This document shows, piece by piece, positions 39,174-47,285 of a stretch of 64,000 bases of DNA. A program made the position numbers and the translations under genes. Source of the stretch: Candidatus Multivorans sp. GTDB lineage: Bacteria; Acidobacteriota; Thermoanaerobaculia; Multivoradales; Multivoraceae. The notes below the pieces were generated by a model. That model was not told where the DNA came from, did not search any database, and saw nothing but the letters and a program-made list of their open reading frames with translations. The stretch is taken from assembly GCA_965247095.1 (NCBI GenBank), contig OZ251997.1, forward strand, positions 2,976,001 through 3,040,000, in the 5' to 3' direction. Position 1 is the stretch's first letter; each line of letters starts with the position of its first letter.

Positions 39174-39901
39174 GCGAACGTCGGCAACGGCCCGTCCGGG
39201 CCGCGGCGCGCCGCGGCTCCGCGCCACTTCGGGGCGTCTCCTTCGACGCCACGGGCACGCTCTTCGTCTGCCCGCGCCGCGGTGAGATCTACGCCGAAGT
39301 CCTTGCCCGGCACGGTCTGCGTCTTGCCGCGGTCGAAATCGAGGGTGGCTTCCGGACCGCCTGGAGCGAACTCGACTGCCGGCTCGGACGCGGCGAGGAC
39401 CGCTACAGCAGCCATCCGGAGGGTGCCCGTGGCTTTTGGCGCGAGCTGCTGGAGCGGTCGTGCGCGCTGCTTGGGAAGGAAGACCCCGGTCCCTTTGCGG
39501 CCGCCGAGTTGTTTGCCCGGTTCGAACGCGCAGATGCCTGGGAGCTTCGCCCCGGCACCCGCAAGGTGCTGACCGAACTGCGACGCCGGGGTTTGCGGGT
39601 CGCCGTGACCAGCAACTGGGACCGGCGGCTGCCGCGTGTGCTGGCCAACCTCGGCCTGGGCGACGACATCGATGCCGTCGTGTGTTCGGAAGACGTGGGA
39701 TCGGCGAAGCCGGCCGAGGCGATCTTCCTTGCCGCCTGCCGGGAACTCGAGCTGGAACCGGCGTCGGTGCTCCACGTCGGCGACGCCAAGATCGAGGATC
39801 GCGAGGGGGCCGAGGCGGCAGGGCTGCCGGCATTGTGGCTGAATGCCGCCGAAGGCGACATCGGGACGCTTGAAGAGGTGCTGAGCTACGTACCGCGCTA
39901 G
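39170..39901 (+). CDS. HAD-superfamily hydrolase
   Basis: FDATGTL, TSNWD, KP...IF, HVGD....D. Confidence 0.88.
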   Translation: MSERRQRPVRAAARRGSAPLRGVSFDATGTLFVCPRRGEIYAEVLARHGLRLAAVEIEGGFRTAWSELDCRLGRGEDRYSSHPEGARGFWRELLERSCALLGKEDPGPFAAAELFARFERADAWELRPGTRKVLTELRRRGLRVAVTSNWDRRLPRVLANLGLGDDIDAVVCSEDVGSAKPAEAIFLAACRELELEPASVLHVGDAKIEDREGAEAAGLPALWLNAAEGDIGTLEEVLSYVPR

Positions 39902-40007
39902 CGCGCTCCTGGGCACCCGGGTGGCGCGATCCGCGCCAGCCGCGAACCACTCCGGGCGCCCGTCAGCGGGCGCGCGGATAGCACGCGGGCGTCTCGCCCG
40001 CATCCGG
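39898..40007 (-). repeat. Repeat copy: CTAGCGCG end joined to an inverted three-hairpin core
   Basis: Reverse complement of 39908-40007 aligns to 15945-16044 with a compensatory change in hairpin 1. Confidence 0.88.
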
Positions 40008-40043
40008 TAGTTTCTCAGTCTGAACTTGACGGAGGAGACCTCG

Positions 40044-41462
40044 ATGTCTGTGCGCCCGCTCTCGATCTCAGGTGCCGCCATGCTGTTGGTTGTCGCGGTT
40101 GCGGCTGCTACGGGCACCGACTCCACCTTCGCATGCGATGCCAGCGACGACCCGTTCTGTGCCGGTGCGATCGTGCCCGACCTTCCACCCTGGTCCGCGG
40201 TGTCGGCATCAACCGCTGGACCGCCGGAGGCACCGCCGTGGTGCGACGGCACCTGCGTCATCGACATCGCCTTCATCTACGCAGATGACGCCATCGGTCT
40301 GACACTTGCCGACTACGGCGGGGGCGGTAGCCTACGCCGACCCTACGGTCGGCATGACACGCTTGGGGGCCTGCGGGCCACCGTTCACCACGCCGCGGAC
40401 CTGGCGACGATGGCGTTCCGGCGAGCCCATCTTGACGCCCGATTGCGGGTAGTCGGTTTCCAGCGCGACCCGGCGCTGAACGGCATGGAGATCCGCGACG
40501 CGCTCTCGTTCACTCGGACACGAGCTGTGAGCCTTCGCCGCGAGTACGGCGCCGACCTCGTCTACGCCATCGTGAGGGATCGCGCCATGGCTTGCGGAAT
40601 CGCCCACTTGCGCCGTCCTGGCGTCTCGGCGGCGTCGGCGGCGCCGTTCGCGGTCGGCGCGTTGTCGTCGCCCTGCCTTGACGAGAGACCTGTGCTCCTG
40701 GCTCACGAGGTCGGACACAACCTGGGCCTGGTCCATGACCGGGCGAGCGAGCTGCTTGGTGCCGGAGTGAATACACCGTATGTGCCGTTCGGTCATGGGT
40801 TCCAGCACTCTGCCGTCGCTGAGGCCCGCTTCGAGTCGTCGATCATGGCTGCCGAGGGGCCGAACGTCGGCGCGTGGTTCTCGACCACGGAGTTGGTTCG
40901 AGGTCTCGTACTTGGCAACGCGGAGGAGAGCAACGCGGCCCGCGCACTGCGCTACACGCTTCCCGATACCGCCGACTACGTAGCGGCGCGCTCCGAAACG
41001 GATGAGGACGGGCCGCCATACGCATGCAGGAACGGCCCAACGGCTACCTGCTTGCAGGACTGGCGCTTCCGCGTCCAGGCGAAGGCCCTCGAGAGACCGG
41101 ACTTCGCGGGGCCGCTCGATGTCCTCGGTCTCGGTGACGCCGCGGCCCTCTTCTACTTCTACTCCGCGGACAACCCGGAGCTGCTGGTCAAGGTGCTCGA
41201 CGCCTGCTCGTACAACGGCCACTGGTGGGTGTACGGCTCGGCGGGGACCGATCAGCCGTACTTCATCAGGATTCAGGACTCGGCGCCTGGTGGCGAGTCC
41301 ATCATCTACAAGCACTCGGGAGGTACGGTCACCGGGTACTTCGAGCGATACGAAGAGCCGAGCGACGAGTTTCCGGGCGGACGGATCTATGACGTGCCGA
41401 CTGGATACACGACGGCCAAGGGCGTGATTACCGACATCCAGGCGTTCCGCTGCGAGCCGTGA
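40044..41462 (+). CDS. Secreted metzincin (M12/reprolysin-like) zinc peptidase with Cys-containing C-terminal domain
   Basis: GGAGGAG RBS, signal peptide, HEVGHNLGLVH, Met-turn SIMA. Confidence 0.85.
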   Translation: MSVRPLSISGAAMLLVVAVAAATGTDSTFACDASDDPFCAGAIVPDLPPWSAVSASTAGPPEAPPWCDGTCVIDIAFIYADDAIGLTLADYGGGGSLRRPYGRHDTLGGLRATVHHAADLATMAFRRAHLDARLRVVGFQRDPALNGMEIRDALSFTRTRAVSLRREYGADLVYAIVRDRAMACGIAHLRRPGVSAASAAPFAVGALSSPCLDERPVLLAHEVGHNLGLVHDRASELLGAGVNTPYVPFGHGFQHSAVAEARFESSIMAAEGPNVGAWFSTTELVRGLVLGNAEESNAARALRYTLPDTADYVAARSETDEDGPPYACRNGPTATCLQDWRFRVQAKALERPDFAGPLDVLGLGDAAALFYFYSADNPELLVKVLDACSYNGHWWVYGSAGTDQPYFIRIQDSAPGGESIIYKHSGGTVTGYFERYEEPSDEFPGGRIYDVPTGYTTAKGVITDIQAFRCEP

Positions 41463-41531
41463 CTCGGCAGTCGGTCGATCGGGTTCGAGCCGCGGTCGAC
41501 TGCTACACTGCCCCATGGCGGAGAGTGCGCA

Positions 41532-42038
41532 ATGAAGATATCGACCAAGGGCGAGTACGGTATCCGCGCCATGCTGTACGTGGCGATGCACTCGGACGCC
41601 GGTTCGGTGCCGAGCCACGAGATCGCCGTCAACCAGGGCATCCCGGAGCCGTACCTCCGCCAGATCCTGGCGGCCCTTGCCCGTTTGCAATTGGTCCGCT
41701 CGAACCGCGGTCCCCAGGGCGGCCACCTGTTGGGCCGGCCGGCCGAGCAAATCTCCATGCACGACATCCTGGTCGCGCTGGAGGGACACACGACATCGAT
41801 CGACCACATCCTGGCTCAGCCCTGCACGATCGGCGTAGGACCCAAGCACTGCGCGATCCGCGAGGTCTTCTTGAGTGTGAAGGAGGCGGTCGAGAACATC
41901 CTCTGCAACTTGAGCCTCGCCGATCTAGCCGAACGCCAGCAGGAAGTCTGCGAGTACAAGATCGAGATCCCGCACGACCTGTCGCCTGAGCGCCTCCACG
42001 GTCCGTCGGGGCGGCCGCTGCACGTGCTGGCCGACTGA
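41532..42038 (+). CDS. Rrf2 family transcriptional regulator
   Basis: STKGEYGIRAM, YLRQIL, SNRGPQGGH, ILVALEG; upstream TG-C-TACACT. Confidence 0.92.
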   Translation: MKISTKGEYGIRAMLYVAMHSDAGSVPSHEIAVNQGIPEPYLRQILAALARLQLVRSNRGPQGGHLLGRPAEQISMHDILVALEGHTTSIDHILAQPCTIGVGPKHCAIREVFLSVKEAVENILCNLSLADLAERQQEVCEYKIEIPHDLSPERLHGPSGRPLHVLAD

Positions 42039-42097
42039 CGGTCGGGGTCGGGGCACCCCTGCGCCTCATCCGTCGCCGCGGCGAGCGTGCTCTCGCG

Positions 42098-42586
42098 TTG
42101 TTGCTGGTGCCGGCGGCGGCGCTCGCCTGGTCGTGCATGGTTCCCGCGGATCCGCCGCCGCTGGACGATGGCGACCTGGAAAGCGTGGCGGTGGCGCCGC
42201 CGCGAGACTCCGTGTTCCGGCCGGACGAAGATCAGCAGGAGCGTCGGGTGCCGGAGGCCGCGCTCGGCGGGCGCCTCCCGGGCGCCTTCCCGGACGGCTT
42301 TCCGCTTCCTCACGGGTCCACGGTGTTCGATTTCGGCGACGCCCAGCAAGGAGGCGAAGGCGAAGCCGAAGAACCGCCTACAGTGGAGTTCGTGAGCCTG
42401 CGGCTGCCGCTGGGCGCGCCGGCGGCCCGGGAGTGGCTGTTGCGCGAGGCGCAGGCCGCGGGTTGGCGTGCGGCGCTGGGAGACACCATGACCTTCCAGC
42501 GCGGCAACGAGTGGGTCCGGGTTGCGATCGAGCCGGGCAGGACCGCCGGCAACTCGGCTGCCCGCTTCGAGTACCTCAAGTTCTGA
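42098..42586 (+). CDS. Hypothetical lipoprotein
   Basis: Lipobox-like LAWSC; FPDGFPLP motif; start uncertain. Confidence 0.6.
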   Translation: MLLVPAAALAWSCMVPADPPPLDDGDLESVAVAPPRDSVFRPDEDQQERRVPEAALGGRLPGAFPDGFPLPHGSTVFDFGDAQQGGEGEAEEPPTVEFVSLRLPLGAPAAREWLLREAQAAGWRAALGDTMTFQRGNEWVRVAIEPGRTAGNSAARFEYLKF

Positions 42587-42657
42587 GGCGGGACCGCTGC
42601 TAGCATCGGACGACCGGGCGGCCCGGCGGTAGGGGGATACAAATTAGGTGACCGAAA

Positions 42658-43565
42658 TGGTGGGTCCGCTGACGCTCAAGCGCGCGGAGAAGTACGGCTT
42701 CTGCGCCGGCGTGCGCATTGCCGACAGGACGGTGCGAAAACTGGCCGCGGAAGGCCGGAGCGGGAAGATCCTGGGCCAGTTGGTGCACAACGAACACGTC
42801 GTCTCGGATCTCGTCCAACTGGGCTTTGCCACCGCGCCGTCGCTCGAGGAGGTTCGGGCCGGCACCATCGTCTTCTCGGCGCATGGCGTGCCGCCGTCCT
42901 TTCATCGCCGGGCGCTGGAGCGCGGCCTGCTGGTGGTCGACACGACGTGTCCCTTCGTCTACGACGTCCACGAGGAGGCCCGGCAGGCGCTCGAGGCGGG
43001 CTACCACGCGGTGTTCATCGGCGACACCGCCCACCGCGAGGTGATCGGCTACACGCGGGATCTCGATTCCGGCGACTACGACATCGTGCTCACCATCGGG
43101 GACGTCGAGCGGATCGACTTCGACCGCCATCCCAGGGTGAAGATCTTCTACCAGACCACCCTGAACAGCGAGGAGTACGAGGACGTGGCGCGGGCGATCG
43201 AGCGCGCGGCCGACCACGCCGAGCGGGCGGACACGATCTGCTACGCGACCAAGGAGAACCAGGATGCGGCGCGCGCCCTCGCGGCCGACCCCGAGATCGA
43301 CTGCGTCGTCGTCATCGGCGGGCGGCACAGCGCCAACACCCGGCATCTGTGGGAGATCTGCCGGGCTACCCAACCGCGCAGCTATCTCGTTCACGGTTCG
43401 GACGACCTGAGCTCAGACTGGTTCGCGGATTGCCGGGCGGTGGGAGTCACCGCGGGCGCTTCGACGCCGGACACGATGATCGAGGAAGTCGAGGGCGCGA
43501 TTCAGTTGCTGGCCGCGTCTCCGGCGCCGGCCGGGCCGCTCCCCGCCGCGGAGGCCGCGCTTTGA
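42658..43565 (+). CDS. ispH: 4-hydroxy-3-methylbut-2-enyl diphosphate reductase
   Basis: GFCAGV, LVHN, SAHG, DTTCP, DTICYAT, SANT, GVTAGASTP. Confidence 0.95.
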
Positions 43566-44848
43566 GGGTCCTGGTCATCGGCAACGGTGGCCGGGAGCAC
43601 GCGCTCTGCTGGCTCATCCGGGAGCGGGCGCCGGCGACTGAGCTCTACTGCGCACCGGGCAGTCCGGGTACCGAGGAGTGCGGCGAGAGCGTTGCGATCG
43701 ACGTTTCGGACATCGAGGGGCTTGGCCGATTTGCGGCCGAGCGCGGGATCGAACTCACCGTGGTCGGCCCCGAGCTGCCGCTGTCTCTCGGCGTGGTGGA
43801 CGCGTTTCGCGAGCGCGGTCTGCGCATCTTCGGCCCCTCCCGCGCCGCCGCGCGCCTGGAGAGTTCGAAGGTGTTCGCCAAGGAGTTCATGCACCGGCAC
43901 GGTGTGCCGACATCCGACTTCGTGGTCACCGACGACCGGGACACCGCGCGCCGGGCGGCGGAACGCTTCGGATTGCCGGCGGTGCTCAAGGCCGACGGGC
44001 TCGCCGCCGGCAAGGGCGTGCTGATCGTGTCCTCGCCGGCGGAGTTGGAGTCCGCCCTGGACGTCTTCTTCGTCGACCGTCGGTTCGGTTCGGCCGGCGC
44101 CCGCGTTCTGATCGAGCCCTTCGTGCACGGCGAGGAGGTCTCCTTCATCGGCTTCTGCGACGGCCGGCGGGTGCTGCCGCTCGCGACCTCCAAGGACTAC
44201 AAGCGGATCGGCGACGACGACGCCGGCCCGAACACCGGCGGCATGGGCGCTCACAGCCCGGCGGGAATCGTCTCAACGGAGCACGCCTTTGAGATCATGA
44301 GCGAGGTCATGGAGCGGACGGTGGCCGGCATGGCCGCCGACGGTACGCCCTTCTCCGGCGTGCTCTACGCGGGTCTGATGATGAGCCCGGACGGTCCCCA
44401 GGTGCTCGAGTTCAACGCCCGGCTCGGAGATCCCGAGGCGCAGGCGCTGCTGCTGCGCCTGGAGGAGGACCCGGTCGACCTGTTCGCGGCCGGCGCCGAC
44501 GGCGACTTCGGACGGTCCGAACTCGCCTTCAGCTCCGGCGCTTCGGCCTGCGTGGTGCTGGCCAACGCGGGCTACCCGGGGAAGGCGGCGTCGGGAGACG
44601 CGATCGAAGGCATCGAAGCCGCTCGAGCGCGCGAGGGCGTGGTCGTGTTCCACGCCGGCACCGACCGCCGGAACGGCCAGGTCATCGCCACCGGCGGACG
44701 GGTGCTGAACGTCTGCGCGGTCGGCGACGATCTGGCTCAGGCGCTTGCGCGGGCCTACGAGGGGGCGGCCCGAATCCACTGGCCGGCCAAGGCGATGCGC
44801 TCGGATATCGGCCGGCGGGTGCTCGGGATGGGAGCGGGCTTGTCGTGA
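43562..44848 (+). CDS. purD: Phosphoribosylamine-glycine ligase
   Basis: VIGNGGREHAL, KADGLAAGKGV, GPNTGGMGA, EFNARLGDPE; TTGA coupling to ispH. Confidence 0.96.
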   Translation: MRVLVIGNGGREHALCWLIRERAPATELYCAPGSPGTEECGESVAIDVSDIEGLGRFAAERGIELTVVGPELPLSLGVVDAFRERGLRIFGPSRAAARLESSKVFAKEFMHRHGVPTSDFVVTDDRDTARRAAERFGLPAVLKADGLAAGKGVLIVSSPAELESALDVFFVDRRFGSAGARVLIEPFVHGEEVSFIGFCDGRRVLPLATSKDYKRIGDDDAGPNTGGMGAHSPAGIVSTEHAFEIMSEVMERTVAGMAADGTPFSGVLYAGLMMSPDGPQVLEFNARLGDPEAQALLLRLEEDPVDLFAAGADGDFGRSELAFSSGASACVVLANAGYPGKAASGDAIEGIEAARAREGVVVFHAGTDRRNGQVIATGGRVLNVCAVGDDLAQALARAYEGAARIHWPAKAMRSDIGRRVLGMGAGLS

Positions 44849-45597
44849 GTTGCGGCGGCTGCAGCTTTGCCGGTCAATCGACCGCGGTGGAGGACACGTT
44901 CGTCGGCGTGCGCTTCGGTGAGGAGACGAACCTGACCCTGTGCCGGACGGGCGGCGAACTGCTGGCCCGCGGTGATGAGGTGATCGTGTCGATGAAGCCG
45001 GGTCCGGCCTACGGCCGGGTGGAGAAGTCGCCCATGCCGGTGTTCAAGCCGTGCCAGAAGTCGAGCGCCCGGTCGCTGATCCGCCGGGCGGACGACGCCG
45101 ACCGCGCGGCAAGAGAGCGGCAACTGACGAACGAGGTGCGCGGCAAGACGTTCTGCCGTGAGCGGGCGCGGGCGCTCGGCCTGGAGATGAAGGTGTCCCG
45201 GGTCGACTTCAGCTTGGACGGGCGCAACGCGACGTTCTACTTCACCGCCGATCGGCGGGTCGATTTCCGGCAGTTGCTGCGCGACCTGAAGTCCCGCTTC
45301 AAGTCCCGGGTGCGACTGGTTCATGTCGGGCCGCGGGACGAGGCGCGGCTGCTGGGCGGCGTCGGCATCTGCGGTCGGACGTTGTGCTGTTCGACCTGGA
45401 TCGACGACTTCCGGCCCATCTCGATCCAGATGGCCAAGCGCCAGGGTCTGAGTCTCAACCCGTCCAAGATCTCCGGCTCGTGCGGCAGGCTCCTGTGCTG
45501 CCTCGCGTACGAGGATGACGAGTATCGCCGCCGTCGTCCGAAAGAGAGGTCCTGGTCGGGCGGCCGCGAAGGTGGCGCGCTGCCGGTCCTGAGCTGA
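44845..45597 (+). CDS. PSP1-domain / RicT (YaaT) family protein
   Basis: FYFTADRRVDFRQL, GICGRTLCC, MAKRQ, KISGSCGRLLCCLAYE. Confidence 0.9.
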   Translation: MSCGGCSFAGQSTAVEDTFVGVRFGEETNLTLCRTGGELLARGDEVIVSMKPGPAYGRVEKSPMPVFKPCQKSSARSLIRRADDADRAARERQLTNEVRGKTFCRERARALGLEMKVSRVDFSLDGRNATFYFTADRRVDFRQLLRDLKSRFKSRVRLVHVGPRDEARLLGGVGICGRTLCCSTWIDDFRPISIQMAKRQGLSLNPSKISGSCGRLLCCLAYEDDEYRRRRPKERSWSGGREGGALPVLS

Positions 45598-45602
45598 GCC
45601 GG

Positions 45603-45742
45603 CCTGGGAACCCGGCTGGCGCGGAATCGCGCCAGCCGTGAACCACTCCATGCGCCCGTCATCGGGCGCATGGATGGCACGCGGGCATCCTGCCCGCATC
45701 CGGCGCGCAGCGCCGGCTCCGTCTCCGCGCTCCCCTCGCTAG
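45603..45742 (-). repeat. Four-hairpin repeat copy between convergent genes
   Basis: Reverse complement aligns to 15931-16044 with compensatory pairs; begins CTAGCG, which is the sugar-transferase stop. Confidence 0.9.
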
Positions 45743-47178
45743 GAGGCGCCGCGGCGGGTAAGCACCGCCGGGATCGTCTTGAGGAGGATCTTGAAGTCGA
45801 GGGTCGGCGACCAGGAGTCGATGTACTCCAGGTCGAGTTCCATCCAGCGGTCGAAGTCCAGATCGCTGCGGCCGCTGACCTGCCACAGACACGTGATGCC
45901 CGGCTTCATCGACAGGCGCCGCCGCTGCCGCCTTGTGTACGGCTCCTTCTCCTCGAGAGGCCTTGGGCCGACCAGGCTCATGTCGCCGCACACGACGTTC
46001 CAGAATTGCGGGAGTTCGTCGAGGCTGAACTTGCGCAGGTAGTGCCCGAGCGGCGTGATCCGCGGATCGCGGTGCATCTTGAACGCGGGACCGCCCATCG
46101 TGTTCAGGTGCTTCAGCTCGCCCCGTTTCGCGTCGGCGTCCGCGACCATGGTGCGGAGCTTGTACATGGTGAAGCGGCGGCCGTTCAGACCGCAGCGCGT
46201 CTGCCGATAGAGCACGGAGCCGGACGAAGTGATCTTGATCAGGAGCGCCAGCACCAGCATCACGGGCAGGCTGATCGCGAGCAGGACGACGCCGATGCAG
46301 ATGTCGTAAAAGCGTTTGAACAGCAGCAGGGGAAGGCTGGACGGCGCCGGCGACAAGGTGACGACGGGCCGGCCGGCAAGAGAATCGAGTTGGACCTGAC
46401 TGTGGGCCGGCGGGAGCAGGTCGAGCGCGATGCGGGTCTGGATGCCCTGTTCCTGCAGCGCATCGAAGATCTTCTGCAGGGCGGGCAACTCATTGGGCGT
46501 GACGGCAAAGAACACGTCGTCGATTACGTGCTCGGAGACGATGCGCAGGATGTCGTCGACGCCGCCCCAGACCGGTTGCGCCGCCTCAGCGGGCTTGCTC
46601 CCGTCCGTGTGGATCAGGCCGACGATCCTGAGGCCCCAGTAGGAGTGGTCCTCGATCGACTCGGCGAGTTGCCGGGCCGCTTCCGGGGTGCCGGCGATGA
46701 GCACGGCTCGCTGGTTGATACCGTGCCGCCGCAGGTCGCGCGAGAGGATGCGCAGCGCGATCTTCTCGGTCAGCAGCAGCAGGCAGGAAAGGCCGGAGAA
46801 GAGAAGCAGCCAGGGTCGGCTGAGGCGGTCCTGGAGCAGGAGCTGGTCCAGTTGGAGGACGAAGACGGCGAACAGGAGCAGGAACGTGGCGACTGCCGAC
46901 ACCTTGAGGATCGCGGCTGCCTCGGTCCTCAGGTCGGCGGTGCGGTGCGAGCGGTAGCGCCGGGTGGCGATGAGCGGCGCCATCCAGGTCAGGAGCGCCA
47001 GCGGCAGCAGCGGTAGATGGTCGCCCAGGGGATAGAGCGGACGGGGGAAGAGGCCCGGCAATACCTGGGGGAACAGTCCGCTGCGGATCGCGTAGGCGAG
47101 GAAGAACGCCGCCGCGACCAGCGAGAGGTCGAGGGAGAAAATCAGGGCGGCTTGCAGTCGAATGCGCTGTTTCAACAT
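45739..47178 (-). CDS. Polyprenyl-phosphate hexose-1-phosphate transferase (WcaJ/WbaP family)
   Basis: N-terminal TMs, KRFYDI, YKLRTM, DPRIT, SLDELPQFWNV.GDMSLVGPRP, KPGIT. Confidence 0.92.
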   Translation of the reverse strand: MLKQRIRLQAALIFSLDLSLVAAAFFLAYAIRSGLFPQVLPGLFPRPLYPLGDHLPLLPLALLTWMAPLIATRRYRSHRTADLRTEAAAILKVSAVATFLLLFAVFVLQLDQLLLQDRLSRPWLLLFSGLSCLLLLTEKIALRILSRDLRRHGINQRAVLIAGTPEAARQLAESIEDHSYWGLRIVGLIHTDGSKPAEAAQPVWGGVDDILRIVSEHVIDDVFFAVTPNELPALQKIFDALQEQGIQTRIALDLLPPAHSQVQLDSLAGRPVVTLSPAPSSLPLLLFKRFYDICIGVVLLAISLPVMLVLALLIKITSSGSVLYRQTRCGLNGRRFTMYKLRTMVADADAKRGELKHLNTMGGPAFKMHRDPRITPLGHYLRKFSLDELPQFWNVVCGDMSLVGPRPLEEKEPYTRRQRRRLSMKPGITCLWQVSGRSDLDFDRWMELDLEYIDSWSPTLDFKILLKTIPAVLTRRGAS

Positions 47179-47285
47179 GGGTTATGGCCCAGAGCACTCC
47201 GGGCCAAGCAGTCTATCCGCCCCCTGACCGCGGCCGGGAAACGCGGGTATTGTGCTCGCATCGGGCCCGCGAGCCCCGGCCGCCC

